A stretch of 57,857 nt of DNA, from positions 1-57,857 of the forward strand of contig CAYNQF010000004.1 in assembly GCA_964399265.1 (NCBI GenBank), written 5' to 3'. Source of the DNA: an uncultured bacterium (GTDB lineage: Bacteria; Joyebacterota; Joyebacteria; Joyebacterales; Joyebacteraceae). The position numbers and the translations under genes are program-made. This document shows positions 46,424 through 54,282 of this stretch, piece by piece. The stretch's first letter is position 1; every line of letters begins with the position of its first letter. The notes below the pieces were generated by a model. The model made no database searches. It was not told the origin of the DNA and was given only the letters and a program-made list of their open reading frames with translations.

Positions 46424-47124
46424 CACGGCGCCTCGTGACCATAGCCGTTCTCATCGGACTGGCGCTCGTGTGCTGGCAGATCGTGGCCGCCGGAACGCCG
46501 GCCGACCTTGGCGGTGTCAGCCGTCACTACGTCGAGCACGGCGTACAGGAGAACCGCGGCGCCAACCTCGTGACGTCCGTCGTGGTGAACTACCGAGGCC
46601 TCGACACGCTGGGCGAGGTCGCCGTCCTGTTCCTGTCGGTGAGCGGCGTCGCGTTCGTCCTGCGGAGGTTCCGCGGCGAGCCGGCGGCGAAGCCCACGCG
46701 GTCGAGCGAGATCGTGCAGACCGGCGCGCGACTGCTGGTCGGGCCGATGCTGCTCTTCGGGATCTACATCTTCGTCCACGGGCATCTGACGCCCGGAGGA
46801 GGTTTCCAGGGCGGAGCGGTCGTGGCGTCCGCCGTCCTCTTGCTGCTCCTGGCCGAGCGCGACAGACCTCTTCCGCACGCCTTCCTCTCGTGGCTCGAGT
46901 CGACCTCCGGCGCCGGGTTCGTCATCGTCGGGCTCATCGGGCTGGCGGTCGCCGGCTCGTTCCTGGCGAACAGGGGCGTCATCGGTCTCGGGGAGTGGAA
47001 CCGTCTCTTCTCGGCAGGCGTGATTCCCATCGTGTACACGCTCACGGGCCTCAAGGTCGGCTCCGAGCTGGCGACGCTCCTCGACGTGATGATGAGGGGC
47101 GAGGGGAAGGAGGGGGGCCGATGA
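46420..47124 (+). CDS. mnhB: MnhB/MrpB-like subunit (MbxF)
   Basis: NLVTSVVVNYRGLDTLGE, HGHLTPGGGFQGG. Confidence 0.9.
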   Translation: MTRRLVTIAVLIGLALVCWQIVAAGTPADLGGVSRHYVEHGVQENRGANLVTSVVVNYRGLDTLGEVAVLFLSVSGVAFVLRRFRGEPAAKPTRSSEIVQTGARLLVGPMLLFGIYIFVHGHLTPGGGFQGGAVVASAVLLLLLAERDRPLPHAFLSWLESTSGAGFVIVGLIGLAVAGSFLANRGVIGLGEWNRLFSAGVIPIVYTLTGLKVGSELATLLDVMMRGEGKEGGR

Positions 47125-47501
47125 ACCCCGGCGGCCTCTATCTCGCCAGCGGAGCCGCGCTCATCGTGATCGGCATCGCCTGCGCGGTTCTCAAGAGGAA
47201 CCTGCTCAGGATGGTGCTCGGCTTTGCCATACTGGACGCCGGCGTGCACCTCTTCATCGCCGCGATGGGCTATCTGCCTGGGCGCACGGCCCCGATCGTC
47301 GACGAGGCCAACATGTTCAGCGACGTGGCGACGATGGCGGTCGACCCGACGCGCTTCGTCGACCCGGTGCCTCAGGCGCTCGTGCTGACCGCCATCGTCA
47401 TCGGCGTCGGCGTGACCGCGCTCATGCTGGCGTACGTCGTGCGGCTCTACGCACGCGAGGGTACGCTCGACGTCCGTGAGTTCAGGAGGCTCAAGTGGTG
47501 A
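47121..47501 (+). CDS. mnhC: MnhC/MrpC-like subunit (MbxG)
   Basis: DPVPQALVLTAIVIG, LDVREFRRLKW; ATG at 47121. Confidence 0.9.
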   Translation: MNPGGLYLASGAALIVIGIACAVLKRNLLRMVLGFAILDAGVHLFIAAMGYLPGRTAPIVDEANMFSDVATMAVDPTRFVDPVPQALVLTAIVIGVGVTALMLAYVVRLYAREGTLDVREFRRLKW

Positions 47502-50500
47502 GTCCCGTCCTCTTCGTGGCGATACCTCTGGCCACCGCCTTCCTGCTCCCGCTCGTGACCTCCGGTCGCCGCGGAAGCGGCCGGGCGCGAGCGGTCCAGG
47601 CGGTCGTGCTTGCCGCGGTGCTGGCGGGAGTCGCGTATCTCGTTCCTCCGCTGCTTCGCGGCGGCGCGCCGATCGAGGTCACCACGGGCGGCTGGCCTCC
47701 TCCGCTCGGCATCAACCTGCGTTTCGGACCCGCCGAGGCGGCCCTACTGGCACTCGCAGCGGCGACCGCTCTCGGAGCGGCGCTGCGTGGGGCGGCGCGC
47801 GTCGGACGCGGCGACCGCCCGTCTTCGTCGCGCGGACGCGGGCGCGACCTCGACGATGACGCGGTGGCCGCAGGTACGGCCGACAGGGCGCCGGTGCTGG
47901 AACTCCTGATGTTCGTAGGCGCGGCGGGCCTAATCATGACCCGCGACATCTTCAACACGTTCGTGTTCCTCGAGATCGCGTCGATATCGACCTACGCGCT
48001 CGCGGTCGCGGGGCGGGAGCGCTCCGGTCTCGAGGCCGGGTTCAAGTACATGTTCCTGGGCGCCGTCTCGTCCGCCCTGATGCTCATGGCCATCGCGGTG
48101 CTCTACCGGCTGACGGGCACGCTCAACATCGACGGCATGAGCGAGGCGCTACTGCGCATTTCGACGCCGGCCTTCCCTGTCCCCGCGCTTCAGGTCGCGC
48201 TGGCGTTCCTGCTCGTGGCCTTCTTCGTGGAACTCAAGGTCTTCCCACTGAACGGTCCCGCGCTGGACATGTACGCGGGCGTTGAGCCCGGCGTCATGGC
48301 TCTGGTCGGCGGAACGACCCTCATGGCGGCGGTGTTCGCATTCTGGAAGGTGCTTCCGTTCTTTCACGGGGCGGCCTGGTCGACCGTGGTGATGGCGGTC
48401 GGGGCGTTGAGCTTCCTGGTCGGCAACGGTTTCGGCACGAGGCAGCGCAGCGTCAGGCGCATGCTCGGCTACTCGACGTCCGCCCAGGTCGGGCTCGTCG
48501 TGATGCTCCTGCCGCTCGTGGTGAGGGGAGTGGTCGGGCCCGAGATCCCCGTCATCCTGCTGGCGAGCCACGTGCTCGGCAAGACGGGCGTCCTCTGGCT
48601 GGTCGGCAGGCACGGAGGAGAGACCCTGGACGACTGGCGCGGGGCGTTCGCCGGCTCGCCGCTCGCGAGATTCTCGCTGACCACGCTCGTGCTGACGCTG
48701 GCCTGTCTGCCACCGTTCCCCGGGTTCTGGGGCAAGTGGTACGCGCTCAGCTCGCTATCCAGAACCGGGCACGTGTGGCTCGTGGCGGCCGTGCTCCTGG
48801 GCTCTTTCTTCGAGTTCGTCTACATGTTCGGATGGTTGAGGAGAGTGCACTCGCCGGCCCCCGAGGCGGACTCCGCAGGGCAGGCGACCCGGAACGCGAC
48901 CGACATCGAGCGCGCGACCAACGACGAGCCCGAACTCGAGGCCGCCGGTCCGGACGACAGACCGGTCGTCTTCGTCCACGTCTTCGCGTTCGCCTCACTG
49001 GCCATAGGTTTCCTCATGATGCGGGGGCAAGCGTTGCTTCCGCCGGCGCCGGTGATGCTGCTCGCGGGCGCGGGGCTCGCGCTCCTGGCGTTGCGCGCGC
49101 TCCCCGGCCGCGCGCGCGAGGCCCTCGTGCTGCTCACCGTGGTCGGCGTGGGCTGGATGCTCTCGAGTTCGGGGCTTCTGTCCCTCGCCGACGTGCGCGG
49201 GCTCTTCACCGCGGTCGTCCTTCTCGGCGGCACGCTGGCGGCGCTCTCATCGTACGCCGTCCCCGCCCCGGGCCGGTCGTACGATGGGCTCTTCCTCATT
49301 CTGATGTCCTCGCTCGTGATGCTCGTCCGCGCCGAGTCGTTGCTCATCTTCTTCCTGGCGTGGGAGGCGATGACCTGGACGTCCTACCTCCTGGTCGCGG
49401 GCGGACGGCGCGGAGCAGCCCCGGCGTACTCGTACATGCTGTTCTCCGGAGCGGCCGGGTTCCTCGTCATGGGCGGGCTCATGATAGCGGCCGGCCGCGG
49501 CATCACGTCGATCACCGACGTGTCGATGCTCACGGGCTCCGCCGCCGCGTGGGCGGCGGTGCTCCTGGGCGCCGGGTTCGCGATCAAGGCGGCGTCGGCC
49601 GGAGCGCACATCTGGGCGCCGGGCGCCTACGCCGAGGCTCCGGACGTCTTCTCGGCGTTCATCTCAGGCGTGCTGTCCAAGATGCCGCTCTTCGGCATCG
49701 TCGTGTTCGCCGCCCGTCTGGTCGCGGGCCCGGGGGTCCCGAGGTTCTGGGGAGTCGAGCCTTCCTACGTGCTCGCGTGGCTCGGCGCCATCACGGCCTT
49801 CGGCATGACGCTCCTGGCCGCGCTGCAGGAGGACGCGAAGCGCCTCCTCGCGTACTCGTCGGTCGGGCAGATCGGCTACGCGGTCGTGGGACTCGCGCTC
49901 TTCACGCCGCTCGGATGGACCGCGGCGCTCTACCACGTCGTCAACCACTTCCTCATCAAGATGCTGCTCTTCCTGGCCGTGGCCGGCGTCGTCTACCGTA
50001 CAGGCACGACCGACATGCATCGCATGGGCGGGCTCATCAAGAAGATGCCGGCGTCGTACATCTCGGTCCTGATCGGTATCATCGCCCTCTCGGGCGTGCC
50101 GCCGCTCTCGGGCTTCGCGGGGAAGTGGCTGCTCTACTCGGCGCTGCTGGAGAAGGGATGGTACTTCGTCGCGGGGCTGTCGATGTTCGCCTCGGTGATA
50201 GCGTTCCTGTACCTCTTCAGGCTGATACACTCGATCTTCCTAGGACAGCTCAAGCCCGAGCACCGCAACGTCAAGGAGGCGCCGCTTCCCATCGTCACCG
50301 CCCAGGCCATACTCGTGTTGGGCATCATGGGCATCTCGGCGTTCCCGCAGGCCGTGCTTCGGCCCGTGGCCGGGATCGTGGAGAGGGCGCTCGGCTCTCC
50401 CGGCATACTGCTCGCGGCAGACGGCTCGCTCCAGGTCGGCTACGGCTACCTGAACGCGTTCGCCGTGATGGCGCTCGTCATGGTGCTCTTCGCGATCTTC

Positions 50501-50812
50501 TTCGCGTTCCTCCTGTTCCTCGGCCCGAAGACGAGGAAGGTGAAGCAGCTCGACATCGTGTACGCCGGCGAGATGCCTCCGGCGCCCCAGGAAATACACC
50601 ACGCATACGACTTCTACCGTCCATACAAGAGGGCGTTCTCGCCGCTCCTGCGCGTGTCCGCCGGGCGCGGATGGGGCCGGACCTCCGCCTGGGCGGGGAG
50701 GGCCGCCGAGGTCGGGCGGCGCATGTACACGGGTGACGGGCAGTCCTATCTGGTCTACGCGCTGGCGTTCGCCGTGCTCCTCGCGGTGGTGAGGGTGTGG
50801 TTCCTGAGATGA
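47498..50812 (+). CDS. Fused double antiporter-like subunit (MbxH + MbxH'; MrpD/NuoM-L family)
   Basis: Two complete proton-antiporter modules in one ORF: FLEIAS/ELKVFP/LGYSTSAQ/PPFPGFWGK and AWEAM/IKAAS/LAYSSVGQ/HFLIK/PPLSGFAGK. Confidence 0.85.
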   Translation: MSPVLFVAIPLATAFLLPLVTSGRRGSGRARAVQAVVLAAVLAGVAYLVPPLLRGGAPIEVTTGGWPPPLGINLRFGPAEAALLALAAATALGAALRGAARVGRGDRPSSSRGRGRDLDDDAVAAGTADRAPVLELLMFVGAAGLIMTRDIFNTFVFLEIASISTYALAVAGRERSGLEAGFKYMFLGAVSSALMLMAIAVLYRLTGTLNIDGMSEALLRISTPAFPVPALQVALAFLLVAFFVELKVFPLNGPALDMYAGVEPGVMALVGGTTLMAAVFAFWKVLPFFHGAAWSTVVMAVGALSFLVGNGFGTRQRSVRRMLGYSTSAQVGLVVMLLPLVVRGVVGPEIPVILLASHVLGKTGVLWLVGRHGGETLDDWRGAFAGSPLARFSLTTLVLTLACLPPFPGFWGKWYALSSLSRTGHVWLVAAVLLGSFFEFVYMFGWLRRVHSPAPEADSAGQATRNATDIERATNDEPELEAAGPDDRPVVFVHVFAFASLAIGFLMMRGQALLPPAPVMLLAGAGLALLALRALPGRAREALVLLTVVGVGWMLSSSGLLSLADVRGLFTAVVLLGGTLAALSSYAVPAPGRSYDGLFLILMSSLVMLVRAESLLIFFLAWEAMTWTSYLLVAGGRRGAAPAYSYMLFSGAAGFLVMGGLMIAAGRGITSITDVSMLTGSAAAWAAVLLGAGFAIKAASAGAHIWAPGAYAEAPDVFSAFISGVLSKMPLFGIVVFAARLVAGPGVPRFWGVEPSYVLAWLGAITAFGMTLLAALQEDAKRLLAYSSVGQIGYAVVGLALFTPLGWTAALYHVVNHFLIKMLLFLAVAGVVYRTGTTDMHRMGGLIKKMPASYISVLIGIIALSGVPPLSGFAGKWLLYSALLEKGWYFVAGLSMFASVIAFLYLFRLIHSIFLGQLKPEHRNVKEAPLPIVTAQAILVLGIMGISAFPQAVLRPVAGIVERALGSPGILLAADGSLQVGYGYLNAFAVMALVMVLFAIFFAFLLFLGPKTRKVKQLDIVYAGEMPPAPQEIHHAYDFYRPYKRAFSPLLRVSAGRGWGRTSAWAGRAAEVGRRMYTGDGQSYLVYALAFAVLLAVVRVWFLR

Positions 50813-51750
50813 ACGCGGTCTTGGACATAGACCTCCGCATCGTCGTTGCCGCCGCGCTCAGCGTGGTCGGCGGCATCGCGTACGGACTCCTGATCGGCGG
50901 CGCCATCCGTGTCGTGATGGCGCGCATCCAGAGCCGCATCGGTCCGCCGATCTGGCAGCCGTACATCGACCTCGCCAAGATCTTCTTCCAGAGGACGTCG
51001 ATCAGGCACGGGATGATGTTCTACCTGGCGCCGGCCTTCAGGATGACGGGAGGCGTGGGGCTCTACCTCCTCATACCGGTGGTCGTCGGCGTTCCCGGCC
51101 TGTCCGGCTTCTCGTTCTCGGGCGACCTACTGCTCGTGCTCTACTTCATGTTCTTCGGCTGCCTGGGCATGGCCCTGGGCGCGGGCGAGAGCGGACACCC
51201 ACACGCAGTGCTGGCGGTGTCGAGGGGCCTCTCGCAGATGTCCTCGTACGAGCTTCCGTTCTCGCTGGCGGTGATCGCGCTGGCGGCGCACGCGGGGACG
51301 TTCTCGATAGCGGGCATTGTCGAGGCGCAGACCGGCGGCGTGTCGCACTGGTTCCTCTTCGCGAACCCGTTCGCGGCCGTCGCGGGACTCCTCGCGTTCC
51401 TCGGCATGCAGATGTACTCGCCGTTCGACATCGTGCTCGCTCCCCAGGAGATCCCGATCGGCCCGCCGACCGAGTACAACTCGGCGTTCATGACGCTCAT
51501 GATGTCGGGCCGGGCCATCTTCGGCGTCGCGAAGTGCGTGCTCTACATGGACCTCTTCCTGGGCGGCGCAGGCAGCGTGCCCGAGGCGATGCTGAAGGTC
51601 TTCCTGCTCTACTTGTGGCCGGTGTTCGTGGGCGCCGTCTTCCCGCGCTTCAGGGCCGAGCAGTCGGTGCGTTTCTTCCTGAAGTGGCCGACCATCGCCG
51701 GCGTGCTGGCCATCGTGTTCGGGATCGTGATGAGGGGGAGGATGGGATGA
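50809..51750 (+). CDS. mbxM: NuoH-like membrane anchor (MbxM)
   Basis: RIQSRIGPPIWQPYIDLAK, SYELP, SPFD..APQEI..GPPTEY. Confidence 0.88.
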   Translation: MNAVLDIDLRIVVAAALSVVGGIAYGLLIGGAIRVVMARIQSRIGPPIWQPYIDLAKIFFQRTSIRHGMMFYLAPAFRMTGGVGLYLLIPVVVGVPGLSGFSFSGDLLLVLYFMFFGCLGMALGAGESGHPHAVLAVSRGLSQMSSYELPFSLAVIALAAHAGTFSIAGIVEAQTGGVSHWFLFANPFAAVAGLLAFLGMQMYSPFDIVLAPQEIPIGPPTEYNSAFMTLMMSGRAIFGVAKCVLYMDLFLGGAGSVPEAMLKVFLLYLWPVFVGAVFPRFRAEQSVRFFLKWPTIAGVLAIVFGIVMRGRMG

Positions 51751-52478
51751 GCGACGACAGGACGAAGAGAGACGACGGACCGCCCGTCGGCGGCGTGCGC
51801 GGCGACGGATCGACTGAGGGCGGCGTGAGCGCCGACGGACCGCCCGTGAGCCCGGTCATGGGCCCGTACGAGCCGGTCGAGGCGCCTCCACTTCCGGAGT
51901 TCGACTCGTACTGCTATCTGGGCGCCGACGAAGCGCCGCAGCCGCTCGAGTACCGGGAGGCGTTTGCGAAGATCAAGAACTGGTGTCGCGCGAACTCGCT
52001 CTGGATCATGGCGTACGGCACGGGCTGTGGCGCCATCGAGCTCCGTCCGCTCATGACGAGCCGGTTCGACATCGCAAGGTTCGGGATGGCTCCGAGGCCC
52101 ACTCCGCGACAGTCGAACGTTCTCATCATCGGCGGATACCTGTCGCTCAAGACCCTGAAGAGGGTGATCCGTTCGTACGAGCAGATGCCTGCGCCGAAGT
52201 GGGTCGTGGCGCTGGGCTCGTGCACGATCAACGGCGGCATGTACTGGGACTCGTACTACACCATCAACAGGCTCGACCTCTACCTGCCGGTCGACGTCTA
52301 CGTGTCGGGCTGCATGCCCAGGCCGGAGGCGGTGATCGCGGGGTTCCAGAGTCTGATGGACAAGATCAAGCGCGGAGAGGCGAACGGGTGGAACGAGTAC
52401 CTGGAGAACCTCGCCGAGTACAAGGCGAACCAGAAACGCGCGATCCGCGACTGGAACATGCCGGACTACAACTGGTAG
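51747..52478 (+). CDS. mbxJ: NuoB-like Fe-S small subunit (MbxJ)
   Basis: TGCGAIE, LMTSRFD, PRQ, GSCTINGG, VDVYVSGCMPRPE. Confidence 0.88.
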   Translation: MSDDRTKRDDGPPVGGVRGDGSTEGGVSADGPPVSPVMGPYEPVEAPPLPEFDSYCYLGADEAPQPLEYREAFAKIKNWCRANSLWIMAYGTGCGAIELRPLMTSRFDIARFGMAPRPTPRQSNVLIIGGYLSLKTLKRVIRSYEQMPAPKWVVALGSCTINGGMYWDSYYTINRLDLYLPVDVYVSGCMPRPEAVIAGFQSLMDKIKRGEANGWNEYLENLAEYKANQKRAIRDWNMPDYNW

Positions 52479-52555
52479 GCGGGGAGGCGCCGCCCGCGGT
52501 CTGACCGGTCGAGGCCGGTGCGGGGCGGCCGGCGGGTCGCTCGAGGGAGCACGAA

Positions 52556-53098
52556 GTGGCTGACGACATCCTGAAGGAACTCCAGCGCAGGTTCAAGCTC
52601 TCGAACGCGGAGACGAAGCGGCCCGACCTCCGGGCGGCGGCGGTGCGCCCGGGCGCGGTTCGCGACGTCCTCGAGTGGCTCAGGCGGGAGAGCGGCCACA
52701 TGCAGCTCACGCTCGTCTCCGCGGTCGACTGGATCGAGGACGGCGAGTTCGAGATCGTATGGCTCGTGACCGACCCGAACGCGCACACGACCCTCATGCT
52801 CTCGACCAGGGTGGCTCGCGACAGGGCCTCGCTTCCCACGGTCCACGACCTGTGGCCGCAGGCGGTCACGTACGAACAGGAACTGAACGAGATGTTCGGC
52901 ATCCTCTTCGAGGGGAGCCCGAGACAGGGCGTGCCGTTCATACTAGAGGGCTGGCGCGACCTTCCGCCGATGCGGCGCGACTTCGACACGGCGGCCTACT
53001 CGCTCTCGCACTACGAGGGCAGGCCGGGCAGGCGCTACATCGACGCCAGGACGTTCATAGGTGAGAAGAGCGGCGAGAAGGGCTACTCGAATGAGTGA
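52556..53098 (+). CDS. mbxK: NuoC-like subunit (MbxK)
   Basis: AVDWIE, TYEQELNEMFGILFEG, PPMRRDF. Confidence 0.88.
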   Translation: MADDILKELQRRFKLSNAETKRPDLRAAAVRPGAVRDVLEWLRRESGHMQLTLVSAVDWIEDGEFEIVWLVTDPNAHTTLMLSTRVARDRASLPTVHDLWPQAVTYEQELNEMFGILFEGSPRQGVPFILEGWRDLPPMRRDFDTAAYSLSHYEGRPGRRYIDARTFIGEKSGEKGYSNE

Positions 53099-54278
53099 GC
53101 GCGAACCGAAGCGGCCGACCGGGGACACGGCCCCCAGCGGGGCGGCGCCGCGGGCCGGGGCCCCCGACCCCACGAAGGAGGTCCATCTCTGGTTCGGGCC
53201 CCAGCACCCGGGCGTGACCGGCAACATGTCGGTAGAGGCCTGGTTGCAGGGCGACACCATCCTTCGCGGCATCACGCACGTCGGCTATCTCCACAGGGGA
53301 TTCGAAAAGCTGATGGAGCGCCGCACGTTCATACAGTCGTTCCCGATCGTCTGCCGCATATGCGTTCCGGAGCCGGACACCAACGAGTACCTGCTCGCGG
53401 CCGGTGTCGAAGAGATCTCGGGGCTCGCGGCCGAGGTGCCCGAGCGCGCAAGATGGCTCCGCACGCTCACGCTCGAGATGTCGCGTCTCAGCGCGACGCT
53501 CATGGTGCTCGGCGGCCACATCGGCTCGATGGGTCTCGGACCCGTGCCGCAGTGGATGATGACGCTCCGTGACTTCGTCCTCGACAGCTTCGAGGAACTC
53601 TCCGGCCACCGCATCTATCACATGTACATCGTCTACGGCGGCGTGAGGCGGGGTGTGCCCGACGGCTTCGGGCAGAGGCTCGAGACCACGCTCCGGGCCA
53701 TCGAGGAGAGGCTGCCCTGGATCGACCGCCTCATGTTCGACTCGGCCGTGTTCCGCAAGCGCGCGATCGGCGTGGGCTACGTGCCGCCCGAGTGGGCCGA
53801 CGAGATGGCGATAACCGGCCCTGTCCTGCGCGCGATGGGCGTGGCCCGCGACCTGCGCAAGGACAGCCCCTACGAGATGTACGGGAGGCTCGAGTTCGAC
53901 GTGGTGACCGAGACCGGTTCCGACATCTTCACGCGCGCGCTCGTGAGGCGCCGCGAGATCGAGCAGTCCGTGGGCCTCATCCGACAGATGCTCGAGATGA
54001 TGCCGAAAGAAGGGCCCGTGGCCGCGCGCGTCCCGAACTTCATGAACTGGCGGGTGGCTCCCGGCATGACCTACGTGAGGGCCGAGGCGAGCCGCGGGGA
54101 GATGGGATACTTCGTGGTGACGGACGGCTCCGACAAGCTCCGTCGCGTCAACGTGCGCGGACCTTCGTACGTCAATGGGGTGAGTCTCCTCGAGCGACTG
54201 CTGCCCGGGACCAACATCTCGGACCTGGCGCCGCTCATGGTCTCCCTCCAGACGTGTCCCCCCGAGATAGAGAGGTGA
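53091..54278 (+). CDS. mbxL: NuoD-like large subunit of Mbx/Mbs type (MbxL)
   Basis: GPQHPG, GYLHRGFEK, RICVPE and TCPPEIER (2 of the 4 NiFe Cys retained), EASRGEMG. Confidence 0.88.
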   Translation: MSEREPKRPTGDTAPSGAAPRAGAPDPTKEVHLWFGPQHPGVTGNMSVEAWLQGDTILRGITHVGYLHRGFEKLMERRTFIQSFPIVCRICVPEPDTNEYLLAAGVEEISGLAAEVPERARWLRTLTLEMSRLSATLMVLGGHIGSMGLGPVPQWMMTLRDFVLDSFEELSGHRIYHMYIVYGGVRRGVPDGFGQRLETTLRAIEERLPWIDRLMFDSAVFRKRAIGVGYVPPEWADEMAITGPVLRAMGVARDLRKDSPYEMYGRLEFDVVTETGSDIFTRALVRRREIEQSVGLIRQMLEMMPKEGPVAARVPNFMNWRVAPGMTYVRAEASRGEMGYFVVTDGSDKLRRVNVRGPSYVNGVSLLERLLPGTNISDLAPLMVSLQTCPPEIER

Positions 54279-54282
54279 CGGG

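Noticed and set aside
53091-54278. Group 4 [NiFe] hydrogenase or complex I interpretation
   Set aside because: Only two of four Ni-binding Cys, no maturation extension or hyp genes, and no NuoA/J/K or NuoE/F/G.
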